Virus record (IMG/VR): IMGVR_UViG_3300047462_000185
Coordinates: 1-64,000 of that record
Source of the DNA: a virus
DNA: 64,000 nucleotides
Reading direction: 5' to 3' (one strand)
Positions 18,063 to 26,581 of this stretch are shown here, piece after piece. Position 1 is the stretch's first letter; the number at the start of each line of letters is the position of its first letter. Position numbers and translations under genes: made by a program. The notes under the pieces were generated by a model. That model saw nothing but the letters and a program-made list of their open reading frames with translations, ran no database searches and had not been told where the DNA came from.

Positions 18063-18467
18063 ATGGCTGACGAGGTCGAGGACAAGCTGCTGCTCGATCT
18101 GCGGCGTGGCCAGCTCCGCTCCCCCCGTCACTCGCTTCTGATCCGGCCGTTCCTGTTTGGTCAGTTCCGAATCCAGCTGACCAGGGTGGGCAATGAAATG
18201 GTCCCGGGTGCGCCCGCGGGGCGCGGCGACATCGTGCGCGAACTTTGCACCTACAGCCGGACCCGCGCCTCGATCGTCGCGACCGCGCTGCGGGATGCGG
18301 AAGATCCGGAACAGCGTGCCGAGGAATTCGCCAATCCGTGGAATTGCGAAGGGCCTGGCGCCCGAATCCGGCTGGATAACTGCCCAGAGGACAGGCCCGA
18401 GACGATGGGCCAGCAGGTGCTCAACGCCGGCACGATCGAAGTCCCGTTGCCAGGCGATATCACCTAA
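18063..18467 (+). CDS. Hypothetical protein inserted in tail operon
   Basis: GGAG RBS; preceded by an operator-like palindrome at 17992-18005. Confidence 0.6.
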   Translation: MADEVEDKLLLDLRRGQLRSPRHSLLIRPFLFGQFRIQLTRVGNEMVPGAPAGRGDIVRELCTYSRTRASIVATALRDAEDPEQRAEEFANPWNCEGPGARIRLDNCPEDRPETMGQQVLNAGTIEVPLPGDIT

Positions 18468-18497
18468 ACACACGACTCTGTGCTAATTCGGAACCGA

Positions 18498-18526
18498 TTG
18501 ACGGACGGAAACCACATTGTTATGTG
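18498..18526 (+). promoter_or_regulatory. Candidate sigma70 promoter TTGACG-N17-TATGTG overlapping the palindrome CACAT-TGTT-ATGTG
   Basis: ATG 6 nt downstream with no SD, suggesting a leaderless mRNA. Confidence 0.5.
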
Positions 18527-18532
18527 GTCCGT

Positions 18533-18778
18533 ATGTCGCATCTCTATGAGACCGAACCTGACGCCCGTCAGTCCAGCGTGCCGATCACCACGTCGCGGTT
18601 CCGGCCACGATATCGGCAACTCACTGCCGACGAGATCGCGTTGCACGACCAGCTCAAGGCCAAGGCCGCGGAACTGGAAGCGCTGATCGAGCAGGTCAAA
18701 CCGGGCCGCTACCGCAGCCTCGCCATCACCGCCCTCGAAGAGTCCATCATCTGGGTAGTGAAGGAACTCACGGCATGA
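18533..18778 (+). CDS. Acb2/Tad1-like helical hairpin protein (putative cyclic-nucleotide sponge)
   Basis: YRQLTADEIALHDQLK...PGRYRSLAITALEESIIWVVK resembles Acb2 (YRDLSxEEI...GRW) and Tad1 (SLAITxLEE..W) patterns. Confidence 0.6.
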   Translation: MSHLYETEPDARQSSVPITTSRFRPRYRQLTADEIALHDQLKAKAAELEALIEQVKPGRYRSLAITALEESIIWVVKELTA

Positions 18779-19191
18779 GCTTCGATCTCGCCACGCTCGA
18801 CACGCTGGCCAAGTCGCAGATCGGGGCGGATATGGAGATCATCCATCCCGCCAACCGCGCCCCGGTCAAGGGTGACAACGGCCAACCGCTGACAATCACC
18901 CTGCTAGGCCGCAGTTCCGACGTGTTCCAGGCGATGAGCCGGCGCATCATGCAGGAACGGGTCGCTAAGTCGGGTCGCGGCATCAACCTGACCCAGGACG
19001 ACATCGAGCGCGAAAACGTCGAGTTGCTGACGGCCTGCACGGTGCGCTGGACCGAATTCTCGATCGACGGCACGCCGTTTCCCTGGACACCCGACAATGC
19101 GCGCCGGCTCTGGTCCGATCCGCGCTGGCGCTGGCTCAGCGAGGCCGCGTTCAAGTTCATCCATGACGATGGAAATTTTTTGGCTCGCTGA
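18775..19191 (+). CDS. Tail assembly chaperone (gpG-like)
   Basis: Position before TMP; ends GNFLAR over slippery A AAT TTT. Confidence 0.8.
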   Translation: MSFDLATLDTLAKSQIGADMEIIHPANRAPVKGDNGQPLTITLLGRSSDVFQAMSRRIMQERVAKSGRGINLTQDDIERENVELLTACTVRWTEFSIDGTPFPWTPDNARRLWSDPRWRWLSEAAFKFIHDDGNFLAR

Positions 19192-19547
19192 TCGGCCGGC
19201 TCGTCCTTGGCGCTGAGGCGCTGTTCAAGCTCGACAAGCCGATGCCCGAGGGCGGCACGCTGCGCGACGCCTTTGCCAGCTATCGCCGCCAGGTCGGTCG
19301 CCCTCATCCGCAGGAGGTCAGCGCCGACCAGATCCCCGAAAGCGTGGCCTACCTGGTCCAGTATTTCGGCGAGATGTGCCGCGGCCGCCCGATTACCGAG
19401 GTCGGGATGTTGCCAATCCCCGCCAGCGAAATGCTGGCCTGGTCACAACTGACTGGCATCCGTCTGGCGCGTTGGGAACTCAGCGCGATCGTGCAGCTCG
19501 ACCAGACCTATCTCCGCGTCATGCGGCCCACCCCGCCGGCGAAATAG
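19173..19547 (+). CDS. gpT-like frame reached by -1 frameshift (G-T fusion)
   Basis: The -1 frame is open from 19173 to 19547; EMLAWSQLTG...WELSAI..LD motif. Confidence 0.75.
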   Translation, partial: KFFGSLIGRLVLGAEALFKLDKPMPEGGTLRDAFASYRRQVGRPHPQEVSADQIPESVAYLVQYFGEMCRGRPITEVGMLPIPASEMLAWSQLTGIRLARWELSAIVQLDQTYLRVMRPTPPAK

Positions 19548-19556
19548 GAGGCGCGC

Positions 19557-22500
19557 ATGACTGATCTCGCGTCGCTCTCCTTCTCGATCGACAGCAGCCA
19601 GGCCAAGCAGGCCAGCGACACACTGACCGCCATGGCGCTCGCCGCGGCACAGGCCAACACGAGCCAGAAGGATCTGGCCCAGACCAGCGCCGCGTTCAGC
19701 CAATCGCTCCAGCAGCAGCTCCAGGCGATGACGATGTGGCAGTTCGGCCTGCAGCAGGCCGGCTCGGCGCTCCAGTTGATGATTACCCAGATGCACGCCT
19801 GGCAGGACGTGATGGGAACCAGCACGACGGCGACCAACTCGTTCCGCGACAGCCTGAACCAGGTCATCGCCGTGGCGACGACGTTCGGCCAGAGCGCGGC
19901 CGGGTTTGAGACCTTCGTCAATCAGGCAAACCGGCTGAAGCTTGCCGCCGATCAGATCCCGCAAGCGCTGCAACGCATCAGCGCGGCGACGGAGAACCAA
20001 ACGCCGTTCGGGATGCAGGTGCGCCAGGTCGCGCAAAGCTATGGCACCATTGTGCCGCAGGGCGGCTATGATCAGGCCGGCGACGTGCTGCAATCCTTCG
20101 TGGCGAACGCGGGTCAGTATCGCGACACGATGCAGAAGCTGCGCGACATCCAGACCGTGTTGGGTCCGATGGATGCGCAGAGCATTCGCCAGTTGCAGCG
20201 GCTCGATTATGTGCCGATCGCGACACAGCAGGCGCGCAACTATGCGCAGAGCTACAACGTCCAAGCCGATCGCACCGCGCAATTCGTCGACCAACAGACC
20301 TATCAGAATAACCAGTTCGCCGCCCAATATGCCGATCTGACGAGCCGCTACAATGTGCCCCCGTCGATGTCGTTTTCGACGCAGGCCCAGCAGCTCGATT
20401 ACCTGCAAAACCTCCAGCAGAACGGCAGCATCTGGCAGAAACTGGGATCGTCCACCAACCTGCTGGGGGCTTTGTTCGATCCGGCTGTCGTCGGCACATC
20501 GAACCCGCTGCTCAACACGCTGAGCTATTGGAATTCGGGCCAGTTCGGGCGAAACCAGTCCGCCATCATGGCGCAGTTCGTCGGCGATCGCCAGCAGCAG
20601 GGGCTTTTCCCAGCCGCATGGACGGCGATAGGCCGAGAAGTATCGAACTATCTGCCGGGCGGCTACACCGCCCCTGCGGTCAACGACAACCGATTCCTGA
20701 GCCCGGCCGACATCGCGGCGCAGCAGACCGCGCTGGGCGGCCAGCTGGCCGGGTTCGGAAGCAGTGGCTACGCCCAGTGGGCCAATGCGACCCAGCAGAT
20801 CGCCGCACTCAATGCGCCTGGCAATGGGCTTGGGCTGTTCCAGCGCGCCTACGGCGACACGGAAGGGGCACGGCAGTTCTATAACGCCAGCACTGCGCTG
20901 GGGCAGCAGCAGACCTATGCCTTGGCGCCTTGGCAGCGCCAGCAGGACCAGACCGGTCAGCAGGCGTGGTTGATGAGCCTTCCGCCCGACCAGCGCGCCC
21001 GCGCTCAGGCCTTCCTCCAGGCCGCACCGCAGTATGGGGTGAGCACGTCCAACCTTCGCCCCGGCACCACGCTGGCGCAGGCCATGGGCGGCCCAGGGCT
21101 GAACGACAACATCGCTGGCGCGATCAATGGCAGTTTCGATCAAGGAGTCGCTGGCCAGCTGCAAGGCTCGCAGGAAGCGTCGCAGCGCGACATCGATCTT
21201 CAGACCCAGCTCCAGCAGAAACTGACCGAGGGCAAGGCGGCGGCCGACGACTTCGTGAAGTCCTGGCAGGCCAGGACCCAGGCCCTCCTGGATGGCGCGA
21301 CGAAGGACCAGGCCGCGGCGGCCGCGTCCGATGCGCTGAACAAGAGCACGGCCGAGCGTATCACGATCGGCAAGGCGCTCCTGGTGCAGATCGGTCAGCA
21401 GACCGATGCAACGAAGCAGCAGATCAACATCGCGGCGAACGCCACTTCGTCGAACGACCCGATCCAACGCGCCGCCGCCGCCTATGCGTTCGGGGTCGAC
21501 AACACCACGCTGAACGCGATCCTGAGCGGCCAGATCGATGGCAGCCAGGGCACGGCCTACACCGCGGCGCAGTTCAACCAGCTGAGCAACCAGGGCTTGC
21601 TGAGCGCTTATCAGCGCACCAACACGCAGCGCAACACGCTCGGCCAGCAGCAGCAGGTCCTGAGCGTCGCGCAAGCCGGCGGTAACACCGGCTATGCGCA
21701 GCAGTCGATCCAGCTGCAGCAGCAATACAGCGACGATCTCGCCAAGGCGCAGGCCCAGGTCTTGTCGATCTCGCAGCAGATCTGGAGCGGCAACGCCCAG
21801 GACCTCGCCAACGCCAAGGCGAAGGTCTCGGCGATCCAGAGCCAGGCCGACGCGGCGCAGCAGTTGTTGCAGGCCCAGCAGCGTGCCACGGAGGCAACGA
21901 AGAACTACAGCGACGCCAACTCGATGGAGAACCAGGCGCAGCTGAACATGCTGATCGCCGGCGCGCCTGACTCGCAGCGTGGCCTGATGCAAACCTACGC
22001 CGGCGTGATCGGGTCGCGCATGAACGACATCTCGATGCGCCAGCAGACGCCGAGCACCTACAACGTGCCGCAGCAGTATCAGGCGGCGATCGCCGCGGCG
22101 GCCCAGCAATATGGCGTGCCGCAGAACTTCCTGACCACGATGCTAGGCACTGAGAATTCGGGGTTCAACCCGAACTTGGTCAATCCGAAGTCCGGCGCGA
22201 TAGGGCTAGGCCAGTTTATGCCGAGCACGGCGCAGAACGTGCCTGGCTATGGGCCGGTCGATCCAACCAATCCAATCGCCAGCATCAATGCGATGGCCGC
22301 ATATCTGGCCAACTTGCAGAAAAACACGGGCCAGAGCGGCGCGCAGAGTTGGCTGACCGCGGGCATGCAATACAAGGGCGCCGGCTCCTTCATGAGCCAG
22401 GGCGTCTCGTCGCAGGCCATCGCCGACCTGGCGACTTCGCTAGGCGTCAATCTCGGCACTGTCATGTCGCCCAGCCAGATGATCGCGAGCATCCGGCCCG

Positions 22501-23963
22501 GCGGCAACGGCGCACCAGACCTGCAAGCCCTGGGCGCGGCCGCAACCGACCTCTACGGCTCTCAGCAGGCCGTGGCGATGGCGAACACCAACAGCGCCAC
22601 CAATCTAGCCACGGCGCGGTTCAGGGCCGGTCTGCCCTTCGCCCAGGCCGGTATGCCGCAGGCCGCGCAATTCGCCGCCCTCGGCGTGGCCAACCCGCAG
22701 CTCGCGCCGGGCAATGCGGCCGCGGGCACAACCTCGGCACAGCTCGGCTACGTGCAGGGCCTGACCAACAGCACGGACCAGTCCAACGGCGCGCTTTTGA
22801 TCCAGATCCAACAGGCTCAGATGCTCGCCCAGGCCGCGTTGGCCGGCAACGCAGCGCTCCAGCAGCTCCAGCAGACCCTGCAAAACTACAACAGTTTGCA
22901 GCAAGCCGGCGCGATGAAGAGCATGTCGACCACGAGCGACATGACACAGGCGATCAACACCTACATCGCGTCGCTCCAAAAGTCGCAAGCTCTTCAGCAG
23001 CAGGCCACGAACGCGCAGGGCATGATCAAGGTCAACTCGGCGATCGCCGGCAACAATTCGGAATCAGACCTGCTCAACGCCAACCTGGCCCTCGGTCCGT
23101 TCATCAACCAGGACCAGGCGCAAATGGCGATGGTGGCGCCCACCGTGCATCAGCAGATGCTCAACGATCCGACCCAGGCCGGCCTGGTCGGCACCTCGGC
23201 GGAAAGCGATCTCGTGCAATCCACCCAGGCCGTCACCGCGCTGAAGCAGTTGGCCAACCAGCAGCAGGCGGTGCGCAGCGGCTTTGACGCGATGAGCTCC
23301 TCCATTCTCAATAGCTTCACCAGCGCTGTGACCGGCGGTCAGAACCTGCGGAGCGTGCTGAGCGGCCTGCTCAACGATCTGATCAAGATCACGATACAGG
23401 CTACGGTGCAGAAGCCGCTGAGCAACGCGCTGTCGAGCGGCGCTTCGGGTCTGTGGGGACTACTGACCAGTGGAATAAGCGGCTATAGCGCCGAGGGTTT
23501 GCCCACCGCGTCCACGCTGACGAGTTTGGGCAACCAAGCCGCTGCGAACATCGCCGGCGGCTCGGCAGGACTGGCCGCAGGCGGCGTCTACAACCCCATC
23601 CGGCTCTACGGCTCGGGCGGTCTGTTCGGCGGTCCCACGCTCATCCCAGCGGCCGACGGCATGGTGCTGGCCGGCGAGGCCGGCCCGGAAGCCGCGATGC
23701 CGCTGACACGTCTCGCCAACGGCGATCTCGGCGTGAAGATGTCGGGCGGCTCGAGCGGCGGGTTTAGCTACAGCCCCGCCATCACCGTGCATGTCAATTC
23801 GCCGGCCAACGGCAACGGGGCAGCAAACGTCCAGGCGTCCAAGCAGATGGGTGACATCATCTCGCGGCAGGTCAAGCAGACGATGGACGACAACATGGCG
23901 CGTCACCTTCAGCCGGGTGGCCTGATCTACAGCGCGATCCGTCAGAACCGCGGGGTGGCCTGA
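19557..23963 (+). CDS. Tape measure protein with internal lytic transglycosylase (SLT) domain
   Basis: 1468 aa, Gln/Ala-rich; AAAQQYGVP...TENSGFNP...SGAIGLGQFMPST; lambda-H-like C-terminus GEAGPEAAMPLTR. Confidence 0.9.
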   Translation: MTDLASLSFSIDSSQAKQASDTLTAMALAAAQANTSQKDLAQTSAAFSQSLQQQLQAMTMWQFGLQQAGSALQLMITQMHAWQDVMGTSTTATNSFRDSLNQVIAVATTFGQSAAGFETFVNQANRLKLAADQIPQALQRISAATENQTPFGMQVRQVAQSYGTIVPQGGYDQAGDVLQSFVANAGQYRDTMQKLRDIQTVLGPMDAQSIRQLQRLDYVPIATQQARNYAQSYNVQADRTAQFVDQQTYQNNQFAAQYADLTSRYNVPPSMSFSTQAQQLDYLQNLQQNGSIWQKLGSSTNLLGALFDPAVVGTSNPLLNTLSYWNSGQFGRNQSAIMAQFVGDRQQQGLFPAAWTAIGREVSNYLPGGYTAPAVNDNRFLSPADIAAQQTALGGQLAGFGSSGYAQWANATQQIAALNAPGNGLGLFQRAYGDTEGARQFYNASTALGQQQTYALAPWQRQQDQTGQQAWLMSLPPDQRARAQAFLQAAPQYGVSTSNLRPGTTLAQAMGGPGLNDNIAGAINGSFDQGVAGQLQGSQEASQRDIDLQTQLQQKLTEGKAAADDFVKSWQARTQALLDGATKDQAAAAASDALNKSTAERITIGKALLVQIGQQTDATKQQINIAANATSSNDPIQRAAAAYAFGVDNTTLNAILSGQIDGSQGTAYTAAQFNQLSNQGLLSAYQRTNTQRNTLGQQQQVLSVAQAGGNTGYAQQSIQLQQQYSDDLAKAQAQVLSISQQIWSGNAQDLANAKAKVSAIQSQADAAQQLLQAQQRATEATKNYSDANSMENQAQLNMLIAGAPDSQRGLMQTYAGVIGSRMNDISMRQQTPSTYNVPQQYQAAIAAAAQQYGVPQNFLTTMLGTENSGFNPNLVNPKSGAIGLGQFMPSTAQNVPGYGPVDPTNPIASINAMAAYLANLQKNTGQSGAQSWLTAGMQYKGAGSFMSQGVSSQAIADLATSLGVNLGTVMSPSQMIASIRPGGNGAPDLQALGAAATDLYGSQQAVAMANTNSATNLATARFRAGLPFAQAGMPQAAQFAALGVANPQLAPGNAAAGTTSAQLGYVQGLTNSTDQSNGALLIQIQQAQMLAQAALAGNAALQQLQQTLQNYNSLQQAGAMKSMSTTSDMTQAINTYIASLQKSQALQQQATNAQGMIKVNSAIAGNNSESDLLNANLALGPFINQDQAQMAMVAPTVHQQMLNDPTQAGLVGTSAESDLVQSTQAVTALKQLANQQQAVRSGFDAMSSSILNSFTSAVTGGQNLRSVLSGLLNDLIKITIQATVQKPLSNALSSGASGLWGLLTSGISGYSAEGLPTASTLTSLGNQAAANIAGGSAGLAAGGVYNPIRLYGSGGLFGGPTLIPAADGMVLAGEAGPEAAMPLTRLANGDLGVKMSGGSSGGFSYSPAITVHVNSPANGNGAANVQASKQMGDIISRQVKQTMDDNMARHLQPGGLIYSAIRQNRGVA

Positions 23964-24334
23964 TGAGCAGCTACCCTACCTTCTCGCCGCCGATGCAGCC
24001 CAGCGCGCAAGGGACGTCGCGCAAGATCGTGCCGCGCGTCCTCGCCACGAATTTCGGCGATGGCTACGTGCATCGCATCGCCGACGGGATCAACACCCAG
24101 CTCGAGGAATGGACCGTGACGTGGTCCGTCCTGCTGCCATCCCAATCCGCGACGATCCAATCGTTTTTCGCGTCGCTCTACGGCTGCCTGCCGTTCACCT
24201 GGACCCCGCCGAACAGCACCCAGGCCAACGTCTATATCTGCTCGGACTGGACCGAATCAGAAGTCGATTCCGGCCTGGTTTCGCTGAGCGCCACGATCGT
24301 CCAGACCGTCGATTACGGGTTCGCCGAGCCATGA
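23963..24334 (+). CDS. Minor tail protein M-like (distal tail)
   Basis: FGDGYVHRIADGIN...F.WTPP motif. Confidence 0.9.
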   Translation: MSSYPTFSPPMQPSAQGTSRKIVPRVLATNFGDGYVHRIADGINTQLEEWTVTWSVLLPSQSATIQSFFASLYGCLPFTWTPPNSTQANVYICSDWTESEVDSGLVSLSATIVQTVDYGFAEP

Positions 24335-25035
24335 CATGGGAATTCGATCAGGTCCGGCAGCTTCTCTCGCCGGGCCAACTGGTCAAGCTCTACACGCTCG
24401 ACGCCTCGGCGCTGGGTGGCCCCGTGCTCTATTGGGTGCCTGGCCCGCTCAACGGCGCCCCTGTATCCCTGGGTGGAATCAGCTACACGCCCTACCCCGT
24501 CGATGCGAGCGGGTTCGAGTGGAGCGGTCAGGGCTCGCCGCCGCGCCCCAAGCTGAGGGCGTCGAACATCAACGGCTACATGACCAGCCTGATCATCGCC
24601 TACGGCGATCTGCGCGGCGCGCAGGTGATCCGGACCCGCACCCTGGCCGACTTCCTGGATGGTCAGCCCGACGCCGATCCGACGGCGGGCTGGTCGACCG
24701 ACGTCTGGTATATCGACCAGAAGACCCACGCCGATAACACCTACGTCGAATGGCAGCTCGCGATGGTGTCCGACCAGCAGGGCATCATCCTGCCGCGGCG
24801 CCAGTGCATCCAGAACAACTGCACCTACACCTACCGGGTCTGGCAGGGCGATGCGTTCAACTACTCCGCGGCCCAGTGCCCCTACACGGGCTCGGCGCTC
24901 TACACCACCGAGGGGCTCGGCACCGAGGATCCCACTCAGGACGTGTGCGGCCGCAAGCTGACCGACTGCCGGCTCCGGTTCGGCCAGGGTGCCACGCTGC
25001 CCTTTGGCGGCTTCCCGGGCATGCTGCGCTCGTGA
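24331..25035 (+). CDS. Minor tail protein L-like
   Basis: C..TYR...C.YTG...DVCGRKLTDCRLRFG...PFGGFPG cysteine pattern. Confidence 0.9.
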   Translation: MTWEFDQVRQLLSPGQLVKLYTLDASALGGPVLYWVPGPLNGAPVSLGGISYTPYPVDASGFEWSGQGSPPRPKLRASNINGYMTSLIIAYGDLRGAQVIRTRTLADFLDGQPDADPTAGWSTDVWYIDQKTHADNTYVEWQLAMVSDQQGIILPRRQCIQNNCTYTYRVWQGDAFNYSAAQCPYTGSALYTTEGLGTEDPTQDVCGRKLTDCRLRFGQGATLPFGGFPGMLRS

Positions 25036-25889
25036 CGTTCTTCGTCTCCCCTATGGCGCGAGCTGCGGCCAAGGCACACGCGGTCGAGACCTACCCGCAG
25101 GAGGCGTGCGGCGTGCTGAAGAACGGCACTTATGTGCGCTGCACCAACACCGCGACCGAGAAGGACACCTTCGTGATCGCGGCCGAAGAGTGGCACAACC
25201 TTCAGCCGGTCGAGGCCCTGATCCACAGCCATCCCGATGGGCCCGGCTTTCCGTCGATGCAGGACATGAAAAGCCAGATCGACATGGATATCCCGTGGGG
25301 CCTCATCGTGGTCGGCAAGGGTGGTCCCAACGGCGAGATCATGGCGGCCGACCCCTGGTTCTGGGGCGACACGCTGCCCATCGCACCGCTCACGATGCGC
25401 GACTTCCGGCACGGCCCGAGCGGCACCGACAACAAAGGCGATTGCTACGCCCTGATCCGCGACGTGTATCGCAGCGATCCGGCCGAGATACAGGCTGCGA
25501 TCGACCGTGCCACGGGACGGATCCACGCCCCTGCCCCACCGCGTCACGGCGCGCCGGTGCAACGCACGCTGGAGACGTGGCCCCTCGCCGCGCCCGTCGT
25601 GCTCGACGAAATACCGCGTGACGACAGCTGGTGGACCAAAGGAAGCAATCTCTATCTCGACCACTTCAACGCGGTCGGGTTCGACGCCATCGTCAAAGAT
25701 CCGAAGATGGTGCGGGCCGGCGACATCTTTCTGACCCGACTCATCAGCAAGGTGCCGAACCACGGCATGGTCTACCTGGGCAACAATCTGATCATGCACC
25801 ACAAGCCGGGCCGCCCGGCCAACATCGAGCCGTGCCACCGCTGGTTTCCGAACCTGACCCACGTGTTGCGCTACCGAGGTGTGTCATGA
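25032..25889 (+). CDS. Tail protein K-like (JAB/MPN + NlpC/P60)
   Basis: EACG...HSHPDG..PS.QD; DCYALIRD...PNHGMVYLG. Confidence 0.9.
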   Translation: MTFFVSPMARAAAKAHAVETYPQEACGVLKNGTYVRCTNTATEKDTFVIAAEEWHNLQPVEALIHSHPDGPGFPSMQDMKSQIDMDIPWGLIVVGKGGPNGEIMAADPWFWGDTLPIAPLTMRDFRHGPSGTDNKGDCYALIRDVYRSDPAEIQAAIDRATGRIHAPAPPRHGAPVQRTLETWPLAAPVVLDEIPRDDSWWTKGSNLYLDHFNAVGFDAIVKDPKMVRAGDIFLTRLISKVPNHGMVYLGNNLIMHHKPGRPANIEPCHRWFPNLTHVLRYRGVS

Positions 25890-26581
25890 CCGCTGCGACA
25901 ATGACGACGCCTGTCCCAATGGTGGTGCGGGAGGTGTGGCTGCACGGCCGCCTGCGCAAGAAATACGGCAGTCCGTTCCGCCTCGCCGTCAAAAGCGCCG
26001 CCGAAGCGATCCGCGCCCTGTCGGCCCAGCTGAAAGGGTTCCGGTTCGACGTCGCGAAGATGGATTTCTGGGTCGTCTATGGCGAGTTGCGCCGCGGCGT
26101 CTCGATTCCGCTCGAAGCGGTCGACATCAACCTGGGCAGCAAGCCGTTGCACTTCTATCCCGTCCCGCAGGGGGCAAAGAGTGGATCGGGCGGCGCTCTG
26201 CTCAAAACCGTTATCGGCGCCGCGCTGATCACGGCATCCTTTTTCGCGCCGGAAGCGGCGGCGGCTGCGGGCTTCAGCATCGCCGTCGGCACGGCGGCGG
26301 CTTCGATTACGCTGGGCCTCGGCGTCTCGCTGTTCCTAGGCGGCATTTCATCGTTGATCTCGCCGCATCCGCAGTCCAGCACCACCCAGCAGACCACGCC
26401 GGGATACGTGTTCCAAGGTCCTGCCAACGTGACGGCGCAGGGCGTCTCGATTCCGGTGGTCTACGGCACCTGTATGTGCGGCACCGTCGTCATCGCGGCG
26501 TCGCTGTCGAACAGCGACATCCTGGACGGTCAGGTCGGCACGCCGTCCAAGACGGGGCAGATCTTCGGCGCGAGTAGTTGA
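25886..26581 (+). CDS. Tail assembly protein I-like
   Basis: LHGRL.KKYG...AEAIRAL..QL.GF; QG..IPVVYG...G.VVI. Confidence 0.9.
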   Translation: MTAATMTTPVPMVVREVWLHGRLRKKYGSPFRLAVKSAAEAIRALSAQLKGFRFDVAKMDFWVVYGELRRGVSIPLEAVDINLGSKPLHFYPVPQGAKSGSGGALLKTVIGAALITASFFAPEAAAAAGFSIAVGTAAASITLGLGVSLFLGGISSLISPHPQSSTTQQTTPGYVFQGPANVTAQGVSIPVVYGTCMCGTVVIAASLSNSDILDGQVGTPSKTGQIFGASS

